DNA of 64,000 bases, from assembly GCF_032191835.1 (NCBI RefSeq), contig NC_083224.1, forward strand, positions 174,902,001-174,966,000, read 5' to 3'. The position numbers were made by a program, and so were the translations under genes. Source of the DNA: Heteronotia binoei. Taxonomy: Eukaryota. The notes under the pieces were generated by a model. It was not told the DNA's origin, searched no databases, and saw only the letters and a list, made by a program, of their open reading frames with translations. Positions 1-11,439 of the stretch are shown here, piece after piece (the stretch's first letter is position 1; the number at the start of each line of letters is the position of its first letter).

Positions 1-146
1 TTTTGTAAGTTTCACCTTGTGCTTGTAGATCAGTTCAGACTTGATGTTATGGTAGATAATAAGAGAACACAAAGACTTGTAAAGATCTGTATTCACCTTT
101 AATTTAATACATGTATTTTAATTTTTTAAAGAGAATATAGTAAAAT

Positions 147-615
147 TGTAAAGGTAAAGGTAATCCCCTGTGCAAGCACCAGTTGCTTTCAACTCTGGGG
201 TAACTGTTGTTTTCATGGCAGACTTTTTATGGGGTGGTTTCCCCCATGGTGCAGAGTGTTAAAGCTGCAGTACTGCAGTCCTAAGCTCTGCTCATGACCT
301 GAATTTGATCCCCGGCGGAAGCTGGGTTTTCAGGTAGCCAGCTCCAGGTTGACTCAGCCTTCCATCCTTCCGAGGTCAGTAAAATGAGTACCCAGTTTGC
401 TGGGGGGAAAGTGTAGATGACTGGGGAAGACAATGGCAAACCACCCCATAAAAAGTCTGCCGTGAAAACGTGAAAGCAACATCACCCCAGAGTAGGAAAC
501 GACTGGTGCTTGCACAGGGGACCTTTCCTTTTCCTTGCGATTGCCTTCTCCAGTCATTTACACTTTACCTCCAGCAAGCTGGGTACTCATTTTACTGACC
601 TCTGAAGGATGGAGG
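147..615 (-). mobile_element. Squamate tRNA-derived SINE with RTE/BovB-type tail, split by a second copy
   Basis: 147-240 and about 536-615 are contiguous parts of one - strand copy (aaaggtaaaggt tail; ggggtggttt joins gcgattgccttctccagtc). Confidence 0.8.
242..533 (+). mobile_element. Near full-length squamate SINE of the same family, inserted in opposite orientation
   Basis: tRNA-like head (tggtgcagagtgttaaagc...tttgatccc), core ggttgactcagccttccatcc, tail gcacaggggacctttcc. Confidence 0.85.
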
Positions 616-2455
616 TAATATAAACTAAATTTAATTATGGGAATTTCTCCCTCTTTTACCCATAGCTTAAAAACTCTCAACTATTTTAATGCTTTATATG
701 GAATCAGTTTTTTAAAAAGGCAGACTACAAAGAAAAATCATTGATGTGTACTGAAAGATGGTTGCTTGCATAAGAAGGTGTCTGAAGAAATTAGTTAGTT
801 TACCTGAGTGTAGAAGTAACTTTGGCAAGTACCACTGGAGAATGTTTTACTCAGTGAATACTAAAGGGGTTGCTCAAGTGTGTTGTATAAAGAAATCTCT
901 GCCATATAGGTTCAGAATGAAGACTGAAAGTGATATATATACAATGTTTTTATGTGCTTTGAGAGATCAGAAGTCCAGTGTTTGGTATTTCTTTCTAGAG
1001 TCCTGTATGTTGATTTTACTGGGTGTTAGGGCTGCAAGAGATAATCAGCTTAAGTGATCAGGACATATGTTTAATAATTGGAGCTCTGATTTAAGGCTAT
1101 GTTTAACTTTTTAAAGGCTTTTTTTGGTATTTGATTATAATATATAAAAAGCTAGATTACTTTTTTTCAAACACTGAATGGCAATTAGCAGTTTGATAAA
1201 TAAAAACTGTCGCAGTTCAGTATCTCAAGTAAGTGCTTGCTATGCAGTTTAGTGGCATTCACAGTTAGTGTGTGTGTGTCAAAAGGCAGATTATTAATTA
1301 AATGGAAAATTCTTTAATTAGTTTACAGTGTTTGCATTAATGCTTGATTATCAGTAACATATGCCTATCTGGCTCAGAAATATGATCTGTGCATTTCTGG
1401 ATAGTGAACTACAGTTGTAATGTTTTAAAATGTTTAAATGTTGTAGCCGATTAGACTTACTTCGGCTTCCTTCAATAATTTTATACTGTGTGTATCAAAA
1501 ATAGAATACAAAGATTGTACCTTTTCAGAAAGATATTAAGAGCAACAGTTGTGTGCCAAACAGCATTAAAGAAAATATTTTTGTAATAGTACTAATCACA
1601 CTTATAAAATCCTTTGTATACAAAAGATCTTAAAGGCTGAATTCTTCATGACAAAGAAGGAGAGGGTTATCTTTTGCTTTACTTAGCATTCCAATAATTT
1701 CTAGATCTCTTCCATTCTTAACTTTCAGTGCCTTTATTTTATGTGGATGTAGGGTAAAGGGTAATACTGACTGAGTATTGCTATATCTCAGTGTTCTTCA
1801 TTTCCTTGTAGTACATTACTAGCACATCCGACAACTGTCATAAATTTTCGGAATAGTATATAGAATGACAGGGAAAAAATGAGATGACTATATTTTATAA
1901 CATTTCCCCTCTTCTGTGTACAAACTGTATATGTTCCATTGTATATATTTCCATGTATTTAATGGTAGTCAAATATCTAAGACTTTTTTCAATTTGTGCA
2001 TATGATTAAAAATATGAATTTTTAACTGTGAGGCCAGCCACTAATAAAAGTAGTTAAGCATATTATGTAGCTTGCATTTACTTTCTGAAGGCCTAGGGAG
2101 CATCAGCTGGAAAATGCTTGATGAATGACTTATTTACTGGAAGTGCCTGGCTGGAGGAGCACTGATCAAGGAAAAGCCTAGTAGTTAGTTTATATATGAG
2201 AAAACAAGCTTTCGCAATATATTATGGTCATAAAAGGGATTCAGAACTCATTGCTATTCAAAAATAGAAACGACTTGGGTCCATCCTTTCTGTGAACTTG
2301 CTCCATTTACAGCATGGTTTTTGCTTCCTTCCCCTTCTCTGTGCACTTAGAGCTAGTACAAGTAAGTGTGAGTGTGTTTGGTATTTCTGCTAGTCTTTCC
2401 TCCTTTTGTGCAGGGTCTTTTACTTCTCACCATGCTACTTCTTTGTAGTAAAGAG

Positions 2456-2627
2456 CAGGGGTGAAATTCTAGCAGGAGCTCCTTTGCATATTAGGCCGCA
2501 AACCCCTCATGTAGCCAATCCTCCAAGAGCTTACAGGGCTCTTTTTTGTAAGCTCTTGTAGGATTGGCCACATCAGGGGGGGTGTGGCCTAATATGCAAA
2601 GGAGCTCCTGCTAGAATTCTACCCCTG
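2456..2627. mobile_element. Palindromic hAT-type MITE (CAGGGGTG terminus), inside an older tRNA SINE
   Basis: TIRs caggggtgaaattctagcagg / cctgctagaattctacccctg; perfect 8-bp TSD GTAAAGAG (2448-2455, 2628-2635). Confidence 0.9.
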
Positions 2628-3480
2628 GTAAAGAGCTTCATGTAGGATTGAAATCTGGGAGACCCAGGTTCATATCTCCATTGTGCCATGAATCTCACTG
2701 GATTACCTGGGGCCAGTTATTCTGTTTTAGCTTTGTTAGAGGACAAAATGGCGAAAGGAAAACCATATATACTGCCCTGAGCTCCATTGAATGAATAGTG
2801 GAATAAAAATGTCAATAGTTATATTTGCTGTCCTCAAGCAACAAATGGAGGGGAGCATGCTTACCTGAGTGTTGTTTCAATCATTCCCAACCATGTTTTG
2901 CTATTACACACGAGTAAACTAAATATTTTATTTTGCCAGTGTTGTCACCCATAATATATAGTAGCTGATTCATGATCCTCTAGTAGCTGATTGAGTCAAC
3001 GAAGTGTAATGGTTAATGTTTATCCAGGGCCTGGGAAATCTGAGTTTACAGCCCCACTCATCCATGAAGTGGTTGACTTTAGCCTGTATTATCTGAAGCT
3101 AATCTACCTTATAGTATCCCTTGCAGTTTATAGTACATTGGGACAGAGAAATAGTCAGCCATGTTGGTCCCAAGTGAATTAAAAAAAAAAAAAAGAACAA
3201 AACTGATGTTTTACCTGTTGTTGGGGCCAAGCTAAATGACACAGAACAGAGTGCAGGCTTGAAGGGATTGTGGGACATGTGCTGTAGAACATATATCCCA
3301 TCTGTACTTGTTCTCCTATGAGTCCAGATTGCTCTGTATTTTTAAGGACTCTGACCACTTTAAACCTCTGCCAGGATTTGTTTAGTTTCAGAGTTCCTCC
3401 TAATGCAGTGAACACCCCCCACCCCTCTGCGCACGCGCACACACACGAAGGGGGCATTGGCTTTCACTTTTTATAGAAGT

Positions 3481-3822
3481 TAGATTCAGGTGGGTAGGCA
3501 AGTTGGTCTGAAGCTACAGAACAAAGTTTGAGTCTTCAGTGCATTTGAAGAAATGTGCATGCACACGAAACCTTATACCCAGAATCAGGGCTTTTTTTGT
3601 AGCAGGAAGTCCTTTGCATATTAGGCCACACACCCCTGATGTAGCCAGTCATCCTGGAGTTTACAGTAGGCCCTGTACTAACAGCCTTGTAAACTCTTGG
3701 AGGATTGGCTGCATCAGGGGTGTGTGGCCTAATATGCAAAGGAGTTCCTGCTACAAAAAAAGCCCTGCCCAGAATTAAACTTTGTTGGTCTTAAAGGTGT
3801 GAACTGGGCTCAAACTTTGTTC
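3481..3822 (+). mobile_element. Penelope-derived short element with a hammerhead relic, interrupted by a MITE
   Basis: Inverted segments agaacaaagtttgag / ctcaaactttgttct; motif TTGAAGA-A-ATGTGC-AT-GCACAC-GAAA at 3545-3570. Confidence 0.65.
3586..3767. mobile_element. Palindromic hAT-type MITE (CAGGGCTTTTTTT terminus)
   Basis: Long TIRs; perfect 8-bp TSD CCCAGAAT (3578-3585, 3768-3775). Confidence 0.92.
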
Positions 3823-4049
3823 TTTTTACAGAAGTGTGTGAGAGATATTGGGGTTAGGAATGCATTCCTGAACCCCAACTCTGTCCTCATGGAATAATTG
3901 GGGAAATACTTCCCTGCAGTGTAGTTCTTGAGATTTTTAGGACTAGATTACTGGCTTTCTGCTCATGCAGCCGTGCACTTCAGTGATCAGGGAAATATTG
4001 TGCTACATCAATAGGCTGCTAGTGATGGCCCTCCAGGACAGCCAATTGG

Positions 4050-4124
4050 CTACTCTGTGTAACAGGATGCTGAACTTGGTGGACAACTGGTTTTATCCAA
4101 CAGGGCATTACTTAAGTTCTTATG
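4050..4124 (+). mobile_element. CR1 3'-end relic
   Basis: aggatgctgaacttggtggacaactgg...atccaacaggg...gttcttatg resembles the squamate CR1 3' terminus. Confidence 0.55.
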
Positions 4125-5998
4125 CTGAGGCTCAAGGTTAGGTGAGCAGGAAGCTTATTCATCAAGCCTCAAGGTGTTATTGTGGGGAGGAGAAATTTCC
4201 TAGTTGTTTGTTCTTCCTTTTGCTTCTTGATAAAAAGCTTTTAACAAGGGTCTTTAAATGCTTAGACCTAGAATTAGGCTTATGCTAGCCATCTGTTCTA
4301 ACCATTTCATTTTCCTTCTGTGGCTATGTAGCCTTTAAAAAAGCAAAATTAATTCTAGTGTTAAGTTTTAAAGCACAGTGATGTGATTGGTAAGTAGAAA
4401 TGAGTAAAGGTTACAATTCTATACCAGCTTAATTATGATATGACAGAAATTTGTCTTTGATTTTACTATTATGCATTTGGGCAGTGCTTTAATTACTTCA
4501 GTCCTAACTACCAAATCTCTGGAGTGCGTAGTTTATTGAGGAGCTTTTCAATTTATTTTATGTACTGGGATACTTTTGTATCTAAGAGAGGGGGTGTCTG
4601 GTACTGTTCCTCTCAACCCAGTACTATTGTAGAGAGCCACAGGTTTGATTAACTGTCTTTTGATTAGATGTAAAATTTCCAAACATTTTGAAATACAGGG
4701 GGATTTTGTGTGTGTTTCATTTTGAGTTGGGTTTTTATATATGTGTGTGTGTGATATCAAGCCTAAGCTTATTTTAGGACTTTAACAACATAAGATGTCT
4801 CATTTTTTTTAGGATATAAAACTGTACCAATGGCATACGTACAAAATTTAAACATATATAAATATTTGCAAATAAAATTGCAAATATACCCAGTGATAGA
4901 ATAGGAGAGAGAACTGCAGCTTTCAGCACTCTGTCCTTTAGAACATATACCTTAAGTTTTTGTTTTCTGAGAAGCCAGGAGAAAAATAAAAATTGAAATC
5001 AGAAAACAAAGTTTATATTATTTGCTTTTATTTATTTACTTTATTAATACTTCACCCTTCTCCCCAGTGGTTATGCAAAGCAGCTTGTTTCATTCTGCTC
5101 ACTTGCATTTTATCCTCACAACATCCCAGTGAGGTAGGCCAAGCTTGATAGTGTGTGAGAGGCCCAGAGTCACTCAACATTCACATTTAAGCAATAAATA
5201 TATGCTCTTGGAGGTTTTTAATGTTCCCTCAAACTTCCAATTTTTGCATCAGAAAAATTAAAGTCCTTGGGGTAAGAGATAACAGGGAGTGTTTGGGTTT
5301 TAAAAAGTTTCTAGGTTTCTGTCTTAGGACTTTGTTCTCTTTTCTTATTTCACTTTTTCGTTTTGCATTTTTTTAAAAAAAATCTGGATGGATATTGACA
5401 AATATAAGCTGTTGTTCCACAACTGATTATTCTATTCTATCCTTAAATTGAGTTGAGGAATATACTCTGATTCTATTTTTACACTTTCTACCCTACTGTA
5501 TATTTTCTGATTTTGAATGATGGGTTGGGTTATTGTTTTCACATTTTTTCTCTGGCACTTTGTTTGATGTATGTATCACTATATTCTTCTTTAGCTCCTT
5601 TGGAGTATGGTGGTGGTTGTATATGATAAATACTGGAGAATTATTCCATATCGTCAGTATTTTAATTAAATTCTGGATGCTTTATTCACTATATGTTGCT
5701 ATGAATTAGGTAAAATATAGTTATATCGAGTACATCAAAACAAACCTAAATCCATATGCAGTACATGAAAACAAATATAAATCCATATGCCTTAGAATGC
5801 TTTCTTAATATGCTCATTACCATTTCTTTCCATTTTACATTGTTTTTCTTTTAAATTTTGACAATCAAAAAACAGCCAAATTAATGTGATGCTTGGGCAT
5901 TGGGGAGTCTACTATTGGTGATAGGTTTCACAACTATGAGACATACATCAGTACATACAAGTAGTATAACTAAGGGGGCATATTCAATTGTTTTCAAA

Positions 5999-6500
5999 CA
6001 GGGGTGGGGAATGTCAGGCCTGAGGGCCGTTTATGGCCCTCAAGATCACTTGGTCTGGCCCTCGGGGATTGCTGGGTTGAACCCCCCCTCACTCTGTCTC
6101 GTGGGCATTGTGAAGGACTGCTGCTGGGGTATGTAGGTGCCTTTAAAGGTCTGCTGGGAGCAGCTGGAGTGGTAGCAGGGGTGGGAGCCAGCTACCACCA
6201 GTTCAATTCGCACATGTTTATCCCGGATGGTGTGGCCTAATATGCTAATATTAGGGGATGTGGTCTAATATGTCTGGACCTAGGCATTTGCCTAGGCCTG
6301 CAGGCTGGTGTGTGTGTGTTGAATTAGGCTCTCCCCACTGACTTCAAATAGAAAAACAATTATTTGCATTAATTTTGCTGGCCTGAATCGTTCTCCCTCG
6401 GTGGAGCAATGTTTTTTAAGTTGATAATTTTGTATGACCTGTGAATGATGTTATAAATATCCAAATGGCCCTTGGCAGAAAAACAGGTTCCGCACTTCTG
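5999..6500. mobile_element. hAT-type non-autonomous DNA transposon
   Basis: Termini caggggtggggaa / ttccgcacttctg; 8-bp TSD TTTTCAAA/TTTTAAAA (7/8). Confidence 0.75.
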
Positions 6501-7322
6501 TTTTAAAAGAAAATCTGTGAAGAATACAGAAGGGCAGTCTTCCAAAAAGGCATATTAAATTTGAGACTAAGAAGGTTACCAGTGACAGATGATTATTATT
6601 TGTGTGTATCGATTTGTCAGTTATCAAATATTTACATGTTAGGGTTGCATATTTTCAGGTTATATCAGACAAAACGTCCTTGACTATTGCTAACTTGACA
6701 TTTCTGGTTGTCTTATTTTTTATCAGCTGTTATTCACAAACGCTACTCTAAAGCAGCTGAAACTTACAAAGTCTTGGCACAAGGTGGCACTATCACACCA
6801 TCATGTAAAAGGCATACCTAGTAGTTGCTTCAATTTTAAATTTCCCTCTTAAAATGTTGCGTGTAAGAAATCAACATTCTCACTGGAACAATGCTACTGC
6901 CTCTGTGTATAAATGAGGTTTAATTAACTAAACAATATCTGATTATCAAGAGTGTCTGTTCCTTGCTTATATTTACTAATAATTTCTCCTTTATTTAATG
7001 TCAACACTATTTAAAATATCCAAAAACAGTGTTCAGCATAGTAACTAAATCCCTGTGATTTTGTACTGCATATGATTTTGTACTATAGAACATACAAAAA
7101 TAGAGAGTAGGACTATATTTGCAAAAATCGATCTATCCCAAAGGCCTGACAGATGTCATGTATGAGTGACACATTTTCTACCCCATGATTTGGAATATAC
7201 CCAGATATGTGGGGCAGAAAATTTTTCCAGTAATATACTTTTGTTTCACTTTCAGAAAACACACAGGGTAGTGTTGCATTTCTTTTCTTGAACTGGGAAA
7301 GGCAGAAGTATTTAAATACAAT

Positions 7323-7683
7323 TAGGGTTGCCAGGTCCCTCAGAAATGACAGCGGGGGAATGAGGGGAGCTGTCCCAGGAGCAGAAAGGGTCCTCACATG
7401 ATCTTCCTGTATCATTGGAAGTGATGTCACACGATTTGCCCTAATCACCCAAAGGTGATGTTAGAGGCAATGCTCTGGGTTTTGGGGTTTGTTTGTTTTT
7501 TTGCAAAACTCTGTGGTACAATCAGCCTCAAACCATAGAGTTTTGCCCCAAAAACCAGAGTACCCAATGGTACTGACAAGCCTACATTGTTTCTGAGTGA
7601 TGTGGACGTGTGTTTATTTCCAGTGACATTACTGCGGAGGGGAGAGTTTCCTTCTGCCATCCGTCTGGGGAATGGTAACCCTA
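7323..7683. mobile_element. hAT-like MITE with TAGGGTTGCCA termini
   Basis: tagggttgcca...tggtaacccta; flanks AATACAAT/AATAAAAC (6/8). Confidence 0.7.
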
Positions 7684-7793
7684 AATAAAACACTTATAAA
7701 TGGAACTTGGGCTTTCATCTTTGAAGGCAAAGAAGGCATAGCCTAACAAGTTTCTATTTCTCAAAATCCTGCTTCTGAAGAGTTGGTTACCAG

Positions 7794-7993
7794 CAATGTT
7801 CCCTCTAAGCTGCAGAGTCTTGTGAACAAGCTGCTGGAATTAACGTTGTGAGCTACAGGCATTAAAGTTGTGAGCTACTGCATAAATTATTGTGCTCTGG
7901 GGTCATCCTTTCTGAGCTAACACAAAAATGTGTGAGCTGGAGACTAAAAATCTGTGAGCTAACTCACACTAACTTAGCTTAGAGGGAGCACTG
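7794..7993. mobile_element. hAT-type MITE (CAGTGTTCCCTCTAAG family)
   Basis: TIR caatgttccctctaagct / agcttagagggagcactg; perfect TSD GTTACCAG (7786-7793, 7994-8001). Confidence 0.9.
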
Positions 7994-8682
7994 GTTACCA
8001 GTACAGTTAGCAAAGATAGCATGGTAAGTTGCCCTTCCGCATACACTCATAGGCAGTACTCTGAAGATTTAAATTATCCTGTATTTGTGTTCATATAGAG
8101 GAAAGTGCTCTGTGAAGTTTAAACTGGCAGGTTGAAGCAATCTCAGCCTAAGTGTTGCTGGAGGGGGGGGGGGGGGGGGACAACATCATGAACAAACCAT
8201 AATTTGTTCATGACATAAATGGGCTTACGTCTGTGCTTTCAAGTTTCTGCCCTCCTCTCATGTGTTACACCAAAAGTGACAGCTTCCTGATGCAGGAAGT
8301 ATTTCATAATTGCTGTGCTTCGTAATGTCAAAAATTTGGGTAATTTACAAAATGGCACTTGTTTATGGTCCACATATTGAAATTGAACCAATCCATGGCT
8401 AGCAATGCTATTTTAGAGAAGAATTTTGTCATTTACAAAAGCTGTGCAGGCCCAATAGCCAGTCTTCTCTGAAATGGTGCCAGCAGCCATGGGTCAGACC
8501 TGTGGCCACCATAACACCTGTTTTTGCTCTCAAACACAGTTTGTGGTTACACCAAAGACTTCCTGGACCACAACATTTTCAACATCTGCTATGTACAATC
8601 CTGAGAGTTTCATTTGTGGTACAAGACTTTCTTAGTTTATGGAACTATAAACTGCTTCTGACTAGTTTTTGTTTTCTTCTAG

Positions 8683-8769
8683 GAATGATTACTCAGGTGC
8701 CTTGATGATGAATTGATTACTAAATCCACTACTTCAGATGTAGGGCAGAAGCCTGATGGTGTGGGCAGT
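8683..8769 (+). other. RALGPS2: RALGPS2 5'UTR portion of the first coding exon
   Basis: A polypyrimidine tract (tttttgttttcttct) and AG at 8681-8682 precede 87 nt that run into the ATG at 8770. The exon start is inferred from the acceptor motif only. Confidence 0.7.
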
Positions 8770-8826
8770 ATGGACCTAATGAACGGGCAGCCCAGCAGTG
8801 TTAATATTGCAGCTACTGCTTCAGAG
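8770..8826 (+). CDS. RALGPS2: RALGPS2 coding exon 1 (MDLMNGQPSSVNIAATASE)
   Basis: 57 nt matching the recalled RALGPS2 N-terminus; donor GAG|GTAAGG; phase 0. Confidence 0.95.
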
Positions 8827-8979
8827 GTAAGGAGTCAGCAACAAGAGTCCATTGTATAATTGCTTTTTTAAAACTGCAGAGTTGGCTCATGGATCTATTT
8901 TTATTTAATCTATATATGAATGAACTTCTGACTCATTTTAATGAGTCTTGTCACCTACCTCATTTGGTTAGGTTGTAAT

Positions 8980-9520
8980 ATACCCATTTTGCTGTATGCT
9001 GGTGATTCTATCCTGTTATCTCAGGCAAGAGTTGGTCTTCAGAGATCTTTAAGAACATTTCTTCAGAATATTGTATTAAAGAAGGCCTGAGAATAAACTA
9101 CATTGAATGATGAAGAAAGCCGACAAGTAAAGGAGTTTTATATTCTGGTATTCTCTTTCCATCTAATTTTAAATGGTGATAAAAAGGAAATTGTGCTAGC
9201 AGGGTATTAATTTTTTTTCAAAATGGAAATGGGAATTTATGTCCCAAGTCTGTCCAGGTTTTCTTTAAAAGTTGCCCATGTCATTCTTTATGGAGTAACC
9301 ATAAGGATTGCTTCAATTAATGAATATATCAGCCATCTATCTTTATTCTTTTTCCAGAAACTGTTCAACATTCCTTTCTGTGTAGCTGTGTGGATCTTCA
9401 TTCTGAATTGGGTCCACCTCCCTTGAGGCAAGGACTTGATTGCAAGCTTTTGGGCTATTTATTAGGTTATACTTGAGTAGTAAGAGCTAATTGGCATGCT
9501 TGATTTTTGGTTATTTTGTT
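8980..9520 (+). mobile_element. Decayed non-LTR retrotransposon RT fragment (RTE-X-like)
   Basis: Translates to PILLYAGDSILLSQARVGLQRSL, a degenerate LLYADD..LLS motif, with frameshifts downstream. Confidence 0.5.
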
Positions 9521-11439
9521 TAAGGCGGTTACTAGAAACTTTGGGCTTTCAATGTTTCTCTGAACACTATTCAGAAGTTAGGTTCTCATGCTGCATTTGC
9601 TTTGGTGAAACGTTGTGTAAAATTAATTGCTTATCTTTTTAAAATATTACTTTATTAAAATTTTTAAATGTAAAAAAGAAAAAAAAGAAAAAATACCAGA
9701 AAAGGACCAGAAAAAAAGAAAAAGAGACATAAAAGAGAAAAGAAATATATCATTAAGACTTTCCAATTTTTTGCTCCACAAAGAAAAACATTAATTATAC
9801 TAATTCTACAATTATAACATGGCCACTTACTCTAAATTCAAAACAAATACAACAGCAAGACTCCTTTTTATCTACTCTTTAAACTTCTCCTTAATCCTCA
9901 AATTATCGACTCTACTTTTAGAGTGCGACACACTTGTTCATCTGTTATTCAGAATTTCTCCTCCAAAATCTCTTCCCTTTTATACTTATCTGTTGACCTC
10001 TCCAAGTCTTTTAAGAGCTTTTGTAATGGCCACTCATTAAATGCCTACTTATTGATAGTTATAAAGGGGTAGGTTTTTATGCTTACTTTACTTAGAACAA
10101 ATTTGCTTCTGTTCTTTAGGGATGATTGATACCATTATATGCAGTCTTCTAGAGTGTCCATTGTATGTTAACCTTTGAAGATAACTATGTTTCACCATGT
10201 GTGCCTGCCTGTTGATTTATATACCTATGAGATGATTACATCTCTACCTGCCAATAAGGACCAGAAAAAAACCCTAGCAGTCGCATTTTTTTACATCCTT
10301 TGTTTATTGGATAATAAATTATTTACAGTAACAGTGCACTGCTTGAGATCTATGCATCATAAAGCTTTTATTGGATGAAAGGAAAAGAAAACTGCAGAGA
10401 TGTAATACACTATACATAGAACAAATCATTTTATTTTGCCACCTTAAATAATCATGTAGTCAATTCTTGTTCTGTGGTAAACGATTCTGAGTAGGGCTTA
10501 TGGACCAACACTTCGCATTTGACGAGTAAAAAGAACAGACTTGTAAATAGCTTTGCATCAGGCTTACTATCTCCTTGAAGCAAGTAGCAAAGAAGCTTTG
10601 GTAGACTGATAGCACTGGTTCTTTCAGGCTGCTAATTTGTTGCAAATTACTAGGTATGTGTAAGGGGTGTTGAGATACAGTAAACACCAGCAATGATGGA
10701 TGAATTGCCTGGTGCACTAGAGCAGTGCTTGAGAGCTTTTCATACTTCTGTCCAGTACATATCACATGGGCCATTGTATCAGGATCTGAGCTGCATCATC
10801 AGCAAGAAGTAATTTATTACAATATATCAAATGTAATACAGATTTTTCTTGGTCGTTAAAAGCATTTTGGCAGTTGGGGAAGGTGAAATTCAGGAAGCTG
10901 AGCTCATAGCTTGTTCTGGTGTGTATTCGATCCCCTACTCATACCAGAAATGCCCAGTGGAATATTCTTGGAGCAGTTACACTGCATCTCTTAATGTGGA
11001 CAGCAAGCTCCAGATTCCAGTTATTTCAATACAATTTTATAGCTTCCCTGCTGTGAAAGTTGCCTAGGAGATATGGCTCTGTTTAGATAGTTTGCCTTTG
11101 ATCCCCTTACTTAGTAAGCAAATTCTTTTGGTGGAAATCCAGAACAAAAAGTTTCTTTGGTATGCTTTGGCAAATCATGATACTGAAAATGAGGATCTTA
11201 TCATTTCAGTAAGCAAATAGCAGGCTAGCAAAGAAAACATAGGCTGTCTAGGTGACCTTAAGCTAAACTAAGAAAGTGTAACTAGCCCAACTCACAAGGT
11301 GGTGGTTGTGAGAAGAAAAATGGAGGCAGGGGAATGATGTTGTAAGCCATTCTAGGTTGTCCATTGGTGGAAAAGGAAGAGTGTAGATTTAAAATGACTA
11401 AGTTTTGCCAGTAAAATTTATTTAAAACTTCTTGCGAAC

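Noticed and set aside
3536-3778. Recurring HIRPHTPDVA peptides in several ORFs (also 45550-45789 and 53183-53461)
   Set aside because: Translation of the palindromic MITE core, not a protein family.
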